The notes: generated by a model not told the origin, from the letters alone. DNA of 64,000 nucleotides from Candidatus Levyibacteriota bacterium (GCA_050255815.1 JBLMVJ010000014.1:36728-100727), one strand, 5' to 3'. Shown: positions 10,843 to 21,145, counted from the first letter of the stretch. Numbers and translations are program-made.

Positions 10843-12638
10843 TGACTACCACCATTAAGAGGTTTACCTTTGTTTTTCTAATACCCGGAATCATCCTGCT
10901 AGGACTTCTTATAGGAGTTGCTTTAACTCTTTTGAAGCTATCACTTTTTGCTGCAATTTTATTAATAGCTATTACTATTTTAGGAAGCTATACCATGTTT
11001 TTAGAAAGCGCACGGGCGCTATTCAAAAAACAGTTTGCCCTGGATTATATAGCTATGCTTGCCGTTATAGTTTCTCTGATCTCCCAGGAGTATGTAGTTG
11101 CCGGTTTAATTGCCCTTATGATTTCAAGCGGAAAAACACTGGAAGACTATGGTGTTTCCCAGGCAAAACAAAACCTTACAAAACTAATTGACCGCATCCC
11201 TAACACGGTTACCCTTTTTGAAAAAGAAGTACCCGGCGGGCAGATAGAGATTGAAAAACTAAAACCGGGAATGCAGATATTTATTAGGCGGGGGGAAGTG
11301 ATACCGGTGGACGGCATCCTACTCTCAGATGTCACCCAGACGGATGAATCTTCCCTTACCGGAGAGCCCTATTTATTAGATAAGGAGAAAGGGGATGTGA
11401 TGAGAAGCGGAACTATAAATTTGGGGGATGCTATTGTAATTTTAGTTGAAAAAACCACAGAAAACTCTACCTACAATAAGATTATTGAGCTGGTAAAATC
11501 TGCCCAGAATGAAAAAGCACCACTGGTGCGCCTGGCAGACAGGTATAGTACCTTTTTTACTATTATCACGGCGGCAATCTCCATTTTTGCCTACTGGTAT
11601 ACGCATTCTTTGTATGGAGTATTGGCTGTTTTAGTGGTGGCTACTCCTTGTCCGTTGATTCTTGCAACACCTATTGCACTTTTGGGCGGGATAAATGCAT
11701 CTGCAAAAAAACGGGTCATTATGAAAAGCCTGGCAAGCCTGGAGGTTTTGTCCCGGGTTACTACATTCATTTTTGATAAGACCGGGACTATTACACTGGG
11801 AAGGCCGGTTGTTTCAAAAATTGCTTTGCAGGAGAAAGGTATAGATGAAAAAGAAGTGTTGTCTATAGCTGCTGCTATAGAGCGTAATTCACTGCACCCG
11901 CTGGCAAAAGCAATTGTATCCTACGCAAAAGAAAATAAGGCACCCGGTAAAACGGCACGGGAAATAAAAGAAACAATAGGAAAAGGCATAGAAGGGGAAA
12001 TTGGAAAAGACCATTATGCCCTGATGAAAGAAGCGGAGACAGAAGGAATGGTTATAGCAGTGCTACACGGAAAGAAAAAGATAGCAGAAATTCATTTTGA
12101 TGAAGAGATTAAGGAAGACTCCGTACGTGTAGTAGAACGCCTGAAGAGGATTGGGTTAGAGCTGCAGATTTTTACCGGTGACAAGCTCAGTTCTGCCCAA
12201 AAAGTGGTAAATAAGTTAGGGCATGATATTGTAGTAAAGGCAGAGTGTAGTCCTGAAGATAAACTGTCAGGAATTAAAGACTTAAGATCCCACGGGAAAG
12301 TAGTTGCCATGGTAGGGGATGGCATTAATGATGCGCCGGCGCTTGCGCTAGCAGACGTAGGTATAGTATTTAGTAATGAAGAGCAAACTGCGGCATCAGA
12401 AGCGGCGGATGTAATCTTCCTGGGGTCTGATTTCTCTTTAGTGTATGAGAGTCTAATTATTTCTAAAAAAACAATCCGCATAGCATTGCAGAGTATTATT
12501 GCGGGAATTGGAATGAGTATCCTCTGTATGATTCTGGCATCTGTTAATTTAATCCCGCCGGTTTTAGGAGCATTTTTGCAGGAAGCCATAGACGTAGCCG
12601 TTATTATTAACGCCCTGAGGACTTCCCGTGTAGCCTAG
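10842..12638 (+). CDS. Heavy-metal P1B-type ATPase (P1B-5 signature)
   Basis: TGEP, TPCPLILATP, DKTGT, HPLA, GDGINDAPAL, QSIIAGIGMSILCM, QEAIDVAVIIN. Confidence 0.9.
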   Translation: MTTTIKRFTFVFLIPGIILLGLLIGVALTLLKLSLFAAILLIAITILGSYTMFLESARALFKKQFALDYIAMLAVIVSLISQEYVVAGLIALMISSGKTLEDYGVSQAKQNLTKLIDRIPNTVTLFEKEVPGGQIEIEKLKPGMQIFIRRGEVIPVDGILLSDVTQTDESSLTGEPYLLDKEKGDVMRSGTINLGDAIVILVEKTTENSTYNKIIELVKSAQNEKAPLVRLADRYSTFFTIITAAISIFAYWYTHSLYGVLAVLVVATPCPLILATPIALLGGINASAKKRVIMKSLASLEVLSRVTTFIFDKTGTITLGRPVVSKIALQEKGIDEKEVLSIAAAIERNSLHPLAKAIVSYAKENKAPGKTAREIKETIGKGIEGEIGKDHYALMKEAETEGMVIAVLHGKKKIAEIHFDEEIKEDSVRVVERLKRIGLELQIFTGDKLSSAQKVVNKLGHDIVVKAECSPEDKLSGIKDLRSHGKVVAMVGDGINDAPALALADVGIVFSNEEQTAASEAADVIFLGSDFSLVYESLIISKKTIRIALQSIIAGIGMSILCMILASVNLIPPVLGAFLQEAIDVAVIINALRTSRVA

Positions 12639-12673
12639 TCTGTACAAACCCCATATAAAGCTCGGTCCGTTCC

Positions 12674-12711
12674 ATGCCTCGCAAGAGCGCTTATACGGTG
12701 CAGGCATTTTT
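12674..12711 (+). terminator. Possible hairpin/terminator between convergent genes
   Basis: atgcct...aggcat stem followed by a T-run; large loop. Confidence 0.3.
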
Positions 12712-12712
12712 C

Positions 12713-13717
12713 CTAATCTGTGAATTCTTGGATGAACATTTTGCCGTAAGGGCCGGCGTCTATGACGCCTATGCCTACCAGATGAAACTGCGGGTCCAAT
12801 ATATTCTTCCGGTGTCCCTCACTTTTCATGAGTCCTGCAAAAGCCAGGTCAACATCAGGGGCAAACGCCAGGTTTTCCCCTGCTGCAGTATAGGGAATTC
12901 CCGTTTGGGAGAGGCGGTCAAATGGGGAAAGCCCCTCCGGCGTGAAGTGGGAAAAATAACCCTCCGCCAGCATCTTTATGCCGTACGCCCGGGCCAGCTT
13001 AAGAAGTGCCGCATTAGGAACTAAAGGCCCTACTCCCTGCTTTTGTCTTGCTGCATTTACTAATGCCAGCATTTTATTTTCTGAATCCTGGTCTACGGTG
13101 ACATTTCCAGTCTGGAAATTTAGCGGAACGGAGGTATTGGTTTCCTGGGGAACGGTTAAAAAATTAATAGTTTCATTAATAGTTGCGCCAAATACCTGCT
13201 TTACTGAAGATTCAATTATTTGCGTTCTGGTATATAAAATTTTTCCAAAGACAGAGGACCTCATTTCTGATTTAAAAAATGCAGAAATTGGAAAGGATAA
13301 AAAGATAGAGACTACAAAGGCAGATATAAAGAAAAATGAAAGAGCTCCTGCCACTACTGCAACTATCTTAGACCCAGCGTTATTGGCAGGAAGTTTTGCG
13401 CTGTTAATAATAATTGAAGACAGTTTATTAAACAAAAAATAATAGGGGATGGAAAGGGCAAAAAATGCGGTTGCATCAGAGAAGCCTTTTGAAGCGTGGA
13501 ACATCTGGGCCAACAGATCTGAAAGGAACGTGTATGTGGTAAGGCCCAGGAAAAAAGAAACAATCAGGGAAAGTAAATTTGAGACTGCCTGTTTCCCCCC
13601 TCCTATGTATTCTTCAAATAAATAAGCAATCAGGCATAAACATATAACGGCATCAAATATGTTGAAGGGGAGTTTTCCCAGGAGTATGAAAAGCGTCTGG
13701 ATTTCAGGGACTTGCAT
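12713..13717 (-). CDS. CvpA-family membrane domain fused to CAP (SCP) domain
   Basis: Hydrophobic N-half; C-terminal LVNAAR, YFSH, AGENLA, SEGHRKNIL, VGIG, QEF. Confidence 0.85.
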   Translation of the reverse strand: MQVPEIQTLFILLGKLPFNIFDAVICLCLIAYLFEEYIGGGKQAVSNLLSLIVSFFLGLTTYTFLSDLLAQMFHASKGFSDATAFFALSIPYYFLFNKLSSIIINSAKLPANNAGSKIVAVVAGALSFFFISAFVVSIFLSFPISAFFKSEMRSSVFGKILYTRTQIIESSVKQVFGATINETINFLTVPQETNTSVPLNFQTGNVTVDQDSENKMLALVNAARQKQGVGPLVPNAALLKLARAYGIKMLAEGYFSHFTPEGLSPFDRLSQTGIPYTAAGENLAFAPDVDLAFAGLMKSEGHRKNILDPQFHLVGIGVIDAGPYGKMFIQEFTD

Positions 13718-13725
13718 AAGCTGGT

Positions 13726-15990
13726 TTGACCACAGCGCTTAAAAAACATATAATTGGACTACTCTACGTTTTTAGAATGCGCTGGTCCTATACTCACATT
13801 ATACAGAAGTTAAAAGATAAAACAAAAAAGATTCCTAAAAGGCGCTTCCATATGAATTTTAGCCATATAAAGGTTAGGCACGTTGTAACATTTCTCCTAT
13901 TAATATCCTTTGTGGTAGGAATCGGCTTTTTATACTGGTTTGTGCTGCGGGATATTCCTACTACGGCAACTATAGGCAGGCAGGATTTCCCCCAGTCTTC
14001 TAAGATTTACGACCGGCATGGTACGCTTCTGTACAGCATCTATACTTCCAGAAACCAAACCTTTGTACCGCTTACTAAAATCCCAAAAAACATGCAAAAT
14101 GCAACGGTAGCCATTGAAGATAAGGACTTCTATAAACACGGGGCTATAGACATACGGGGGATAATGCGGGCTGCATACTCTACCCTGGTTAAAAAACAAA
14201 CCCAAGGCGGTTCTACTATTACCCAACAGCTGGTAAAGACTTCTTTGTTAACCCTGGACCAGACTATCCAGCGGAAAGTAAAGGAAATTATTTTGTCATA
14301 TGTGGTTGAGGCAACCCATTCAAAAAGTTCAATACTGGAAATGTACCTTAACCAGGTGCCGTATGGCGGGACTGCGTATGGAGTTCAAGCTGCAAGTTAC
14401 GTATATTTTGATAAGCCCGTATGGCAGCTTTCCCTTCCTGAAGCAGCATTTCTGGCCGGCCTTCCGGAAGCACCTAGTCTCTACTCTCCTTTTGGTTCCC
14501 ACCCTGAATTAGGTATGGCACGCCAGCATGATGTCCTCCAGAAAATGTATGAGCAAAAATATATCAGCAAAAAACAGCTGAATGATGCGCTCAAGACAAA
14601 GCTCACTTTTTCCAAAATCCAGGATAAGATTCTAGCCCCCCACTTTGTTTTTTATGTGAAGGATTTGCTGGTAGGAAAATACGGGGAAAAGATGGTGGAA
14701 CAGGGAGGTTTGCAGGTGACTACAAGTTTAGATTTAGATATCCAGAATTATGCACAGGCAAGCGTTTCTGCAGAGATTGATGATTTAGAAAAGTATAATG
14801 TCACTAATGGTGCCGCCATGGTTACGGAGCCGGCAACCGGGGAGGTTCTTGCTATGGTAGGATCCCGGGATTATTTTGACAGCAAACATGACGGGAATGT
14901 AAATGTAGCGTTGGCACACCGGCAGCCCGGGTCTTCTATTAAACCCATTAACTATGCTACCGGCCTGGCAAAGGGTTATACCGCCGCTACCCCATTTGTA
15001 GATGAACCAACCTGTTTTGAAAATGGGAATCTGCCAAAATATTGCCCGGTAAACTATGACGGTAAATTCCATGGGGTCCAGCAAATGCGTTTTGCCCTGG
15101 GAAACTCTTTTAATATTCCGGCTGTCAAAATGCTAAAACTAAACGGTATTGATGCTATGATTGCAACCGCTTCTGCCATGGGCATTTCTACCTTTGGTGA
15201 CTCTTCACGTTATGGTCTTTCTTTGACTCTGGGCGGCGGTGAGGTTACCATGCTGGACATGACTGAAGCATTTGGCGTATTTGCAAACGGAGGATATAAG
15301 GTAAAGCTGCAACCCATACTCAAAGTAACGGATTCTTCAGGGAAGGTATTAGAACAGTACAATCCGCCCAGCAGTCCTATTTTTGGTGAGAAAGTCTTAC
15401 CGCCCGGCGTATCATTTATCATGTCCCATATGCTAATGGATAATAATGCCCGGTTGATAGAATTTGGCGGTGTTTCCCCACTGAAAATTAAAAACTACCC
15501 TATTTCAGTAAAGACCGGGACTACGAATGACTTCAGGGATAACTGGACCATAGGGTATACATCCCAATATGTAGTTGCTGTTTGGGTAGGGAACAATAAC
15601 AACACCGCTATGAACGGGATAGTTTCCGGTATTACCGGAGCCGCCCCTATCTGGCATGACATTATGGCACATATGGTTGAAAGCTCCCCGCCCCAGTGGC
15701 CTATCCAGCCGGACAATGTAGTGGGGAGGACTGTATGTGCTGACTCAGGCCTGATGCCTCCTGCTGACGGATGCCCTACCCGGTATGAATACTTTATTAA
15801 AGGGACAGAACCGCAAATAGACCCGGGAAAGCAGAAAGTATTTGTTGATAAAGATTCCCATGACCTGCCGCCAAAAGGAAAAACAGATAACCTGACGGAA
15901 GAAGACCACCGGATAGTAACAGACCCAACGGGTGACCGGTACTGTGTTGACTGTCCGCACCCTACTCCCAGCCCCACTCCTACTCCGTAG
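13726..15990 (+). CDS. Class A penicillin-binding protein; true start probably 13777 or 13852
   Basis: EDKDFY, GGSTITQQL, RKVKE, SSIK, SFN, KTGT; PT-rich tail. Confidence 0.93.
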   Translation: MTTALKKHIIGLLYVFRMRWSYTHIIQKLKDKTKKIPKRRFHMNFSHIKVRHVVTFLLLISFVVGIGFLYWFVLRDIPTTATIGRQDFPQSSKIYDRHGTLLYSIYTSRNQTFVPLTKIPKNMQNATVAIEDKDFYKHGAIDIRGIMRAAYSTLVKKQTQGGSTITQQLVKTSLLTLDQTIQRKVKEIILSYVVEATHSKSSILEMYLNQVPYGGTAYGVQAASYVYFDKPVWQLSLPEAAFLAGLPEAPSLYSPFGSHPELGMARQHDVLQKMYEQKYISKKQLNDALKTKLTFSKIQDKILAPHFVFYVKDLLVGKYGEKMVEQGGLQVTTSLDLDIQNYAQASVSAEIDDLEKYNVTNGAAMVTEPATGEVLAMVGSRDYFDSKHDGNVNVALAHRQPGSSIKPINYATGLAKGYTAATPFVDEPTCFENGNLPKYCPVNYDGKFHGVQQMRFALGNSFNIPAVKMLKLNGIDAMIATASAMGISTFGDSSRYGLSLTLGGGEVTMLDMTEAFGVFANGGYKVKLQPILKVTDSSGKVLEQYNPPSSPIFGEKVLPPGVSFIMSHMLMDNNARLIEFGGVSPLKIKNYPISVKTGTTNDFRDNWTIGYTSQYVVAVWVGNNNNTAMNGIVSGITGAAPIWHDIMAHMVESSPPQWPIQPDNVVGRTVCADSGLMPPADGCPTRYEYFIKGTEPQIDPGKQKVFVDKDSHDLPPKGKTDNLTEEDHRIVTDPTGDRYCVDCPHPTPSPTPTP

Positions 15991-16297
15991 TTTAGAAAGC
16001 CTACACTTAAAAAATTTACGAATACGTTGAATCTTGAGGGTAAGTTATCGAAATTTATTTGAAGTTTAACTGTGTTGAAACTATTCAGAACATAGGTTGT
16101 AACTACTTTTTCATCCGGTTTTTAAGATATATATAACTCGCTTTAAAACAATAGGAGAGGTATTTAATAATTCTCAATGAAATAGAACAACCTAAGCAAG
16201 CAGGGGTATTACAAAAACAAACCCCGGATCATGGCTTTGTTTCTTACCAAATACTTACCATATATTTAAGGCTAATGGTAAAGAATGCGTAGATAGT

Positions 16298-16339
16298 AAA
16301 GACACAAGACGTAAGATGTAGGATCTAAGAACGAGGAGT
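16298..16339. repeat. Degenerate period-7 array at a gene end
   Basis: aaagaca caagacg taagatg taggatc taagaac gaggagt. Confidence 0.45.
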
Positions 16340-16341
16340 GA

Positions 16342-17658
16342 TTAAGGTCTAAAATTCTTGTTATAGGAAAGACCAAAAAGAAAAGAGGCCATTAGGAGTC
16401 CCTGTTGCGTGGTGAAAAAGAAATGGTCAAACATTCCCTGGACCAGGAAAGCTGTAAATAAAATAAAAACCATTTCATAAAATGAATACGTTCCCAGGTA
16501 TCCTTTTGTCTTATGGTAAAGAACCAGGATTGAATTTAAAGAAAAATACCAGAATACCAATAACCCCAGTATGCCGGCTTCAGATAGTATAAGTAGAAAA
16601 ATATTGTGAACGGGTTGCAAACGCGTAGGGGAGAAGTCTTTCTGCAAGACGCCTTCATAATAAAATGAATTGCTCAGTCCTACGCCAAACAAAGGCTGTC
16701 TGGAAAAAATCTGAAAACTGGTTAGGGTTAAATCTGTCCGGGGTTCAACCCCATTAAGAATTGATGACAAAGAAAAAAACCGAAATGAGAAACTCGCAAA
16801 GAATATTCCTAGGAGAATAACAGCTGAACAAAACACAATAATTCTTTTGATGTGTTTCCTTTGGGAAAAAATGGGGAATAGTAAAAAAGAGTAGAGGAGG
16901 AATAAAATATTTATTGCCAGCATAACGCGGGAGAACGTCAAAAATAAACATACTTCAATAACTGAAAAAAAGAAGAGCGCCGTATACTTTCCGGCTATAT
17001 TTTTTTCATGATGGGAAACAAAAGAAGAAAAGACAGCACCCATAAACAGAAAGAAAGCAAGAATATTTGGGTGGGGAAACGTGGCATACGGTCTGACCAG
17101 CAAACCGCGGGTTGTGTTAATGACTGCTTCACCTAAGGTTGATGGCGTAAAAAACCTCTCGCCAAAAAAATAGAAGATCCCATTTAAAGATCCTTGTTTT
17201 ATAAATTCGCCAATCCCCAGGAGTGCTTCTAAAAAAGCAGCAAGAGATAAAATCCAGAGAGCAGTAAACAGATGTTTTTTGTCTAATGCAACAGCAGCAA
17301 ACAGGCCCAGGTACATTACCTCAAAAAGCTTAAATAGTTTATACAGGAGAGAGAGCGGTTCAAAAGTATAAAAGAGCGGGAATAAAACAATTAACACTAA
17401 AAAAAGAAAAAGTTTCCGGGAAAAAAAAGATTTTATTAAAGAGTTTGAAAATATATTTTTAAAAGACAAAAGAAAAAGGAGGAAGATTAAAACGTCACTT
17501 ATATAAATAGCAGGGGAGAGGTAGTCTACTCTGATACCATGGACTAAGGAAAAGGATGGCCAAAAATGCGGGCCAAACTGCTGGGGAAGGAAAAATAAAA
17601 TAAGAAAGAAAAGGATTATTTGGGGATTAAACTTTGTAGGAATGCTTTTTAAGCTCAC
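16342..17658 (-). CDS. O-antigen ligase/Wzy_C family membrane protein
   Basis: RPYATFPHPN, TFSR, PLFGVG, PVHNIFLLILSEAG. Confidence 0.85.
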   Translation of the reverse strand: MSLKSIPTKFNPQIILFFLILFFLPQQFGPHFWPSFSLVHGIRVDYLSPAIYISDVLIFLLFLLSFKNIFSNSLIKSFFSRKLFLFLVLIVLFPLFYTFEPLSLLYKLFKLFEVMYLGLFAAVALDKKHLFTALWILSLAAFLEALLGIGEFIKQGSLNGIFYFFGERFFTPSTLGEAVINTTRGLLVRPYATFPHPNILAFFLFMGAVFSSFVSHHEKNIAGKYTALFFFSVIEVCLFLTFSRVMLAINILFLLYSFLLFPIFSQRKHIKRIIVFCSAVILLGIFFASFSFRFFSLSSILNGVEPRTDLTLTSFQIFSRQPLFGVGLSNSFYYEGVLQKDFSPTRLQPVHNIFLLILSEAGILGLLVFWYFSLNSILVLYHKTKGYLGTYSFYEMVFILFTAFLVQGMFDHFFFTTQQGLLMASFLFGLSYNKNFRP

Positions 17659-18107
17659 TTCTTTTTAATGACCAGAACGCGGTCCCGGTCTTCACCCATT
17701 GATTCAGTGGTGACATCAGCATCTTCAGCAAGTGCCATATGGATCAGTCTGCGTTCCCAAGGTTTTAAGCCTCTGACGGTTTTTTCAACACCGGTAGAAA
17801 CTACTTCATCCCTGAGTCTTCCCGCCAGATCAGAAAGGTATGCTTCCCGCTCTTCACGGTAGCCGCCAATTTCAATTAACAGCCTTTTTCCTTCCGGAAG
17901 GTCTTTAGAGACTAAAATGTACAGGACGTATTCTAGAGAGGAAAGAGTATTGCCATGTTTTCCTATCAGAAGGGCATTATTATCCCCTGCATCTATAGAA
18001 ACAGTGAAGGCTTCATCCCCTTCAGTTACTTCAATTTTTGCATCAACCTCTAAAAGCTCAAAAAGTTTCTCAATTTTTTTCTGTACTTCTTCCATATTAT
18101 CTTGCAT
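17655..18107 (-). CDS. jag: Jag/KhpB (EloR) RNA-binding protein, KH + R3H domains
   Basis: LIGKHG, ERRLIH, TESMGE..R; follows yidC. Confidence 0.9.
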   Translation of the reverse strand: MQDNMEEVQKKIEKLFELLEVDAKIEVTEGDEAFTVSIDAGDNNALLIGKHGNTLSSLEYVLYILVSKDLPEGKRLLIEIGGYREEREAYLSDLAGRLRDEVVSTGVEKTVRGLKPWERRLIHMALAEDADVTTESMGEDRDRVLVIKKK

Positions 18108-18927
18108 TAATCCCTATTTTTGAAAGCCAGGGTTTTGTGCCGCCGGCCCCTACTAAAAGGTATTGCTGAAGTATACCAAAAATGGTGAACGTATTCCAGT
18201 AGAGAGACAGGCCCAGCGGAAGGCTAAAAGAAAAGTACGCAATCATAACCGGGAAGATAAATAATGACTGGTTCTGGAAAGCGGTTTGGAAATCATCCTT
18301 TTTCTTCTCACCTTTTGCAATGGTGGGCACCAGGCTGGGCTCAGGCAGCATCATCTTAGACAGGAAAAACTGTAAGACGCCGGTGACAACCGGAATAAGA
18401 ATAACTGCGGGGTTAGCAGAAAACATTTTAGACGGTGAGGAAGAAAGGACTGCGCCAAAAAAATACACATTCCAGGTATTTTGGCTGATATGCATCCAGG
18501 GGAAATATAAGATCTTGTTCAGCGCAGTAATGCCGGAAGAAGTATTCACGTTTACCACATGGGTTAAGACGCTATACAGGCTCCAGATAACCGGAAGCTG
18601 AATAACAAGAGGAAGGCATCCCGCAGCTGGATTAATACCATGCTCTTTATATAACTTCATGATTTCTTCCTGCTGCCTTTTTTTGTCATCTTTATGTTTC
18701 TCTTTTACTGCAGCCAGATGCGGGGTTACTTTTTGCATTTTATGGGCAGATTTTATTTGAGCAGAAACAAACGGGTACAGAATAAGCCGGATAAGTACAG
18801 TCATAAGGATCACGGCAAATCCCAACGGGTAGGGGATATGTCCTAAAAGCAGCAAGTGGTACAAGCCAATTAAAACATTGGTGATGGGGTTAATAAAGAT
18901 AGTGATAAATAAAAGTCCTATGTTCAT
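18097..18927 (-). CDS. yidC: Membrane protein insertase YidC
   Basis: IRLILYP, LYKEHGINPAAGCLPLVIQLP, GLSLYW. Confidence 0.93.
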   Translation of the reverse strand: MNIGLLFITIFINPITNVLIGLYHLLLLGHIPYPLGFAVILMTVLIRLILYPFVSAQIKSAHKMQKVTPHLAAVKEKHKDDKKRQQEEIMKLYKEHGINPAAGCLPLVIQLPVIWSLYSVLTHVVNVNTSSGITALNKILYFPWMHISQNTWNVYFFGAVLSSSPSKMFSANPAVILIPVVTGVLQFFLSKMMLPEPSLVPTIAKGEKKKDDFQTAFQNQSLFIFPVMIAYFSFSLPLGLSLYWNTFTIFGILQQYLLVGAGGTKPWLSKIGINAR

Positions 18928-19238
18928 GCGTTCAGTCTTACCAGTAATCTTGAGAGTTCATCCATTATAGCGGATTTTTGGTATTCTTGATAGCTTAACC
19001 TGAGGAAAAAAACCAGATCATAGGAATTGGGTATTTTTTTAAGTTCTTCCTGAAGACAGCTTATAAACATGCGTTTTACCTTATTTCTCTGCGTTGCCTT
19101 CTTTGAGACCTTTTTCCCAACCACTACGGCATAGGTAGGATCTTCTGACTTCTGGAACCGTAAGACATAGAATGGGGTTACGGATTTTTGCCTGGGAACA
19201 CCTTTTCCAAAAGAATACCGGGAGGATTTTTTAAACAT
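18924..19238 (-). CDS. rnpA: Ribonuclease P protein component
   Basis: VGKKVSKKATQRNKVKR (RNR-like motif); between rpmH and yidC. Confidence 0.85.
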   Translation of the reverse strand: MFKKSSRYSFGKGVPRQKSVTPFYVLRFQKSEDPTYAVVVGKKVSKKATQRNKVKRMFISCLQEELKKIPNSYDLVFFLRLSYQEYQKSAIMDELSRLLVRLNA

Positions 19239-19243
19239 GAGGG

Positions 19244-19387
19244 CTAGAGAGAAACTGCCAGGCTTTTTCTGCCCTTCAGTCTTCTTCTTTTCAAAACGTT
19301 GCGGCCGTCATGGGTTTTCATCTTAGACAAGAAGCCATGCTTTTTAATGCCCTTGACCTTTTTGTGCTTCATCATTTTTTCAGACAT
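19244..19387 (-). CDS. rpmH: 50S ribosomal protein L34 (below ORF-track cutoff)
   Basis: Manual translation [47 protein letters not shown]; HGF and RRRxKGR motifs; synteny with rnpA. Confidence 0.9.
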   Translation of the reverse strand: MSEKMMKHKKVKGIKKHGFLSKMKTHDGRNVLKRRRLKGRKSLAVSL

Positions 19388-19474
19388 GTTGTTATTATAC
19401 TAAATTGTGCCCAGCTTGACAACTGCAATATATTACCCCTTTTCAATAAAGCGAAATTTTGCTACAGTTATTGT

Positions 19475-20551
19475 ATGATTCGAGTTGCTGTGAATGGGTA
19501 CGGGAGGATTGGACGCGTAGCGCACCGCATTATTATAGAGAAGCATGCGGAAGAGATAGAGGTAGTAGCAGTTAACGCAGGATCTTCCACAGACATGTTG
19601 GGCTGGATGCAGCTATTAAAATATGACACGGTGTACCACACACTCCAGAGCCATTCCCTTTTTATCCAAAAACCTGAAGAAGTAACCGTTAAAACAGCAC
19701 TTCCTTCTATAGGAGCGCTGGTGGTAGATGACAAAGTAATTCCTTTTTTCTCTGAAAAAGACCCTGCAAAACTTCCCTGGAAAGATTTAGGAGTAGATGT
19801 AGTGATAGAGTCTACGGGACACTTTACCACCCCTGACAAAATGAAACTCCATCTGGATGCGGGAGCAAAGTCTGTTATTTTGTCAGCTCCCTTTAAAGAT
19901 GAGGCTGCAGATTCCACCTATGTATTGGGGGTAAATTTACATCCGGAAGAAACATCCAATTTGGAAAATATCATCAGTAACGCTTCCTGTACTACTAATT
20001 GCATTGCACCGGTTGCCGCTATTATAGAAGAAACTTTTGGGATAGAAAAAGCTATGATGACTACGATCCATGGATATACTTCAGACCAGCGGTTGCATGA
20101 TGGAGGACATAAGGACTACAGGAGAGCACGGGCTGCTGCTATGAATATTATCCCTACCTCAACCGGCGCAACTAAAGCTGCTGCAAAAACCATTCCATCT
20201 TTGGAAGGCATTTTTAACGGCCTTGCTATCCGGGTACCGGTTCCGGTAGGTTCTTTATCAGACTTTACCTTTCTGTTAAAAAAAGATACTACGGTAGAAG
20301 AAGTAAATAATATTCTGAAACAGGCTGCAGGTTCTGACCGGTGGAAAGGAATTTTTACCACCACAACTGACCCTATTGTTAGCAGTGATGTGATAGGGAA
20401 TTCCCATTCATCTATAGCAGACCTTTCCCTCACCCAGGTGGTAGGGGGGAATATGCTAAAAGTAATTGCCTGGTATGATAATGAGTTTGGATATGCAAAC
20501 CGCTTGGTAGATGAGACTATTGTGCTTGGGAAAAAGTTTTCAGCTGCATGA
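19475..20551 (+). CDS. gap: Glyceraldehyde-3-phosphate dehydrogenase (type I)
   Basis: MIRVAVNGYGRIGR, ASCTTNC, WYDNE; start moved to 19475 because the longer ORF overlaps rpmH. Confidence 0.96.
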   Translation: MIRVAVNGYGRIGRVAHRIIIEKHAEEIEVVAVNAGSSTDMLGWMQLLKYDTVYHTLQSHSLFIQKPEEVTVKTALPSIGALVVDDKVIPFFSEKDPAKLPWKDLGVDVVIESTGHFTTPDKMKLHLDAGAKSVILSAPFKDEAADSTYVLGVNLHPEETSNLENIISNASCTTNCIAPVAAIIEETFGIEKAMMTTIHGYTSDQRLHDGGHKDYRRARAAAMNIIPTSTGATKAAAKTIPSLEGIFNGLAIRVPVPVGSLSDFTFLLKKDTTVEEVNNILKQAAGSDRWKGIFTTTTDPIVSSDVIGNSHSSIADLSLTQVVGGNMLKVIAWYDNEFGYANRLVDETIVLGKKFSAA

Positions 20552-20566
20552 TATAATAATCCTCTT

Positions 20567-21145
20567 ATGTCTCCAGATATTAGAATCATTACAGTTTCCG
20601 GAAGAATTGGTGCCGGATCCACCACGTTAGCAAAGGGGCTTGCCCATCATTTGGGGTGGAAGCACATGGAGGGCGGAGAAATCTTCTGGGAAGCACTCCG
20701 TTCTAAAATGAATGTGGACACTAAAGACACTAACCTGCGTCCTGATGAAGAAGACCAGCTATTTGATGACATGCTTAAAACTATCCTTACAGATAATAGG
20801 AATATTGTGATGGAAACAAAACTGGCAGGATTTAACGCACAGGGAGTAGAGGGTGTGTTTAAAATACTTGTAGTTTGTGAGGACCATCAGGGGAATGACC
20901 AGACCCAGATCAGAATTGACCGGTTAGTAAACCGTGAAGGGAAACCGGTTGAAGATGCAAAAAAGGAAGTATTAGAGCGTGAGCGGAATGATTTGGAAAA
21001 ATGGCGGAAGATGTATGTAGATAATGACCAGGACTGGGTGTACTTTGACCCTAAGTTTTATAATTTAGTAATTAATACTTTTGAACACCACAAAGAAGAA
21101 AGTCTTCAGATAGCCTTAGATGCACTGGAAAAAACAAAGAAATAG
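20567..21145 (+). CDS. Cytidylate kinase-like protein
   Basis: ITVSGRIGAGSTTLAK P-loop variant; ERERND, YNLVINT. Confidence 0.75.
   Translation: MSPDIRIITVSGRIGAGSTTLAKGLAHHLGWKHMEGGEIFWEALRSKMNVDTKDTNLRPDEEDQLFDDMLKTILTDNRNIVMETKLAGFNAQGVEGVFKILVVCEDHQGNDQTQIRIDRLVNREGKPVEDAKKEVLERERNDLEKWRKMYVDNDQDWVYFDPKFYNLVINTFEHHKEESLQIALDALEKTKK

Noticed and set aside
15958-15990. PT-repeat tail of this PBP1A (a similar tail ends the second paralog)
   Set aside because: Ordinary low-complexity linker sequence.
15991-16297. AT-rich intergenic region near the rpmH cluster as a possible oriC
   Set aside because: No convincing TTATCCACA boxes and no dnaA; no credible ORF or RNA motif found.
19310-19474. 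55-aa N-terminal extension of GAPDH in the ORF track
   Set aside because: Overlaps rpmH on the opposite strand; the canonical N-terminus starts at 19475.
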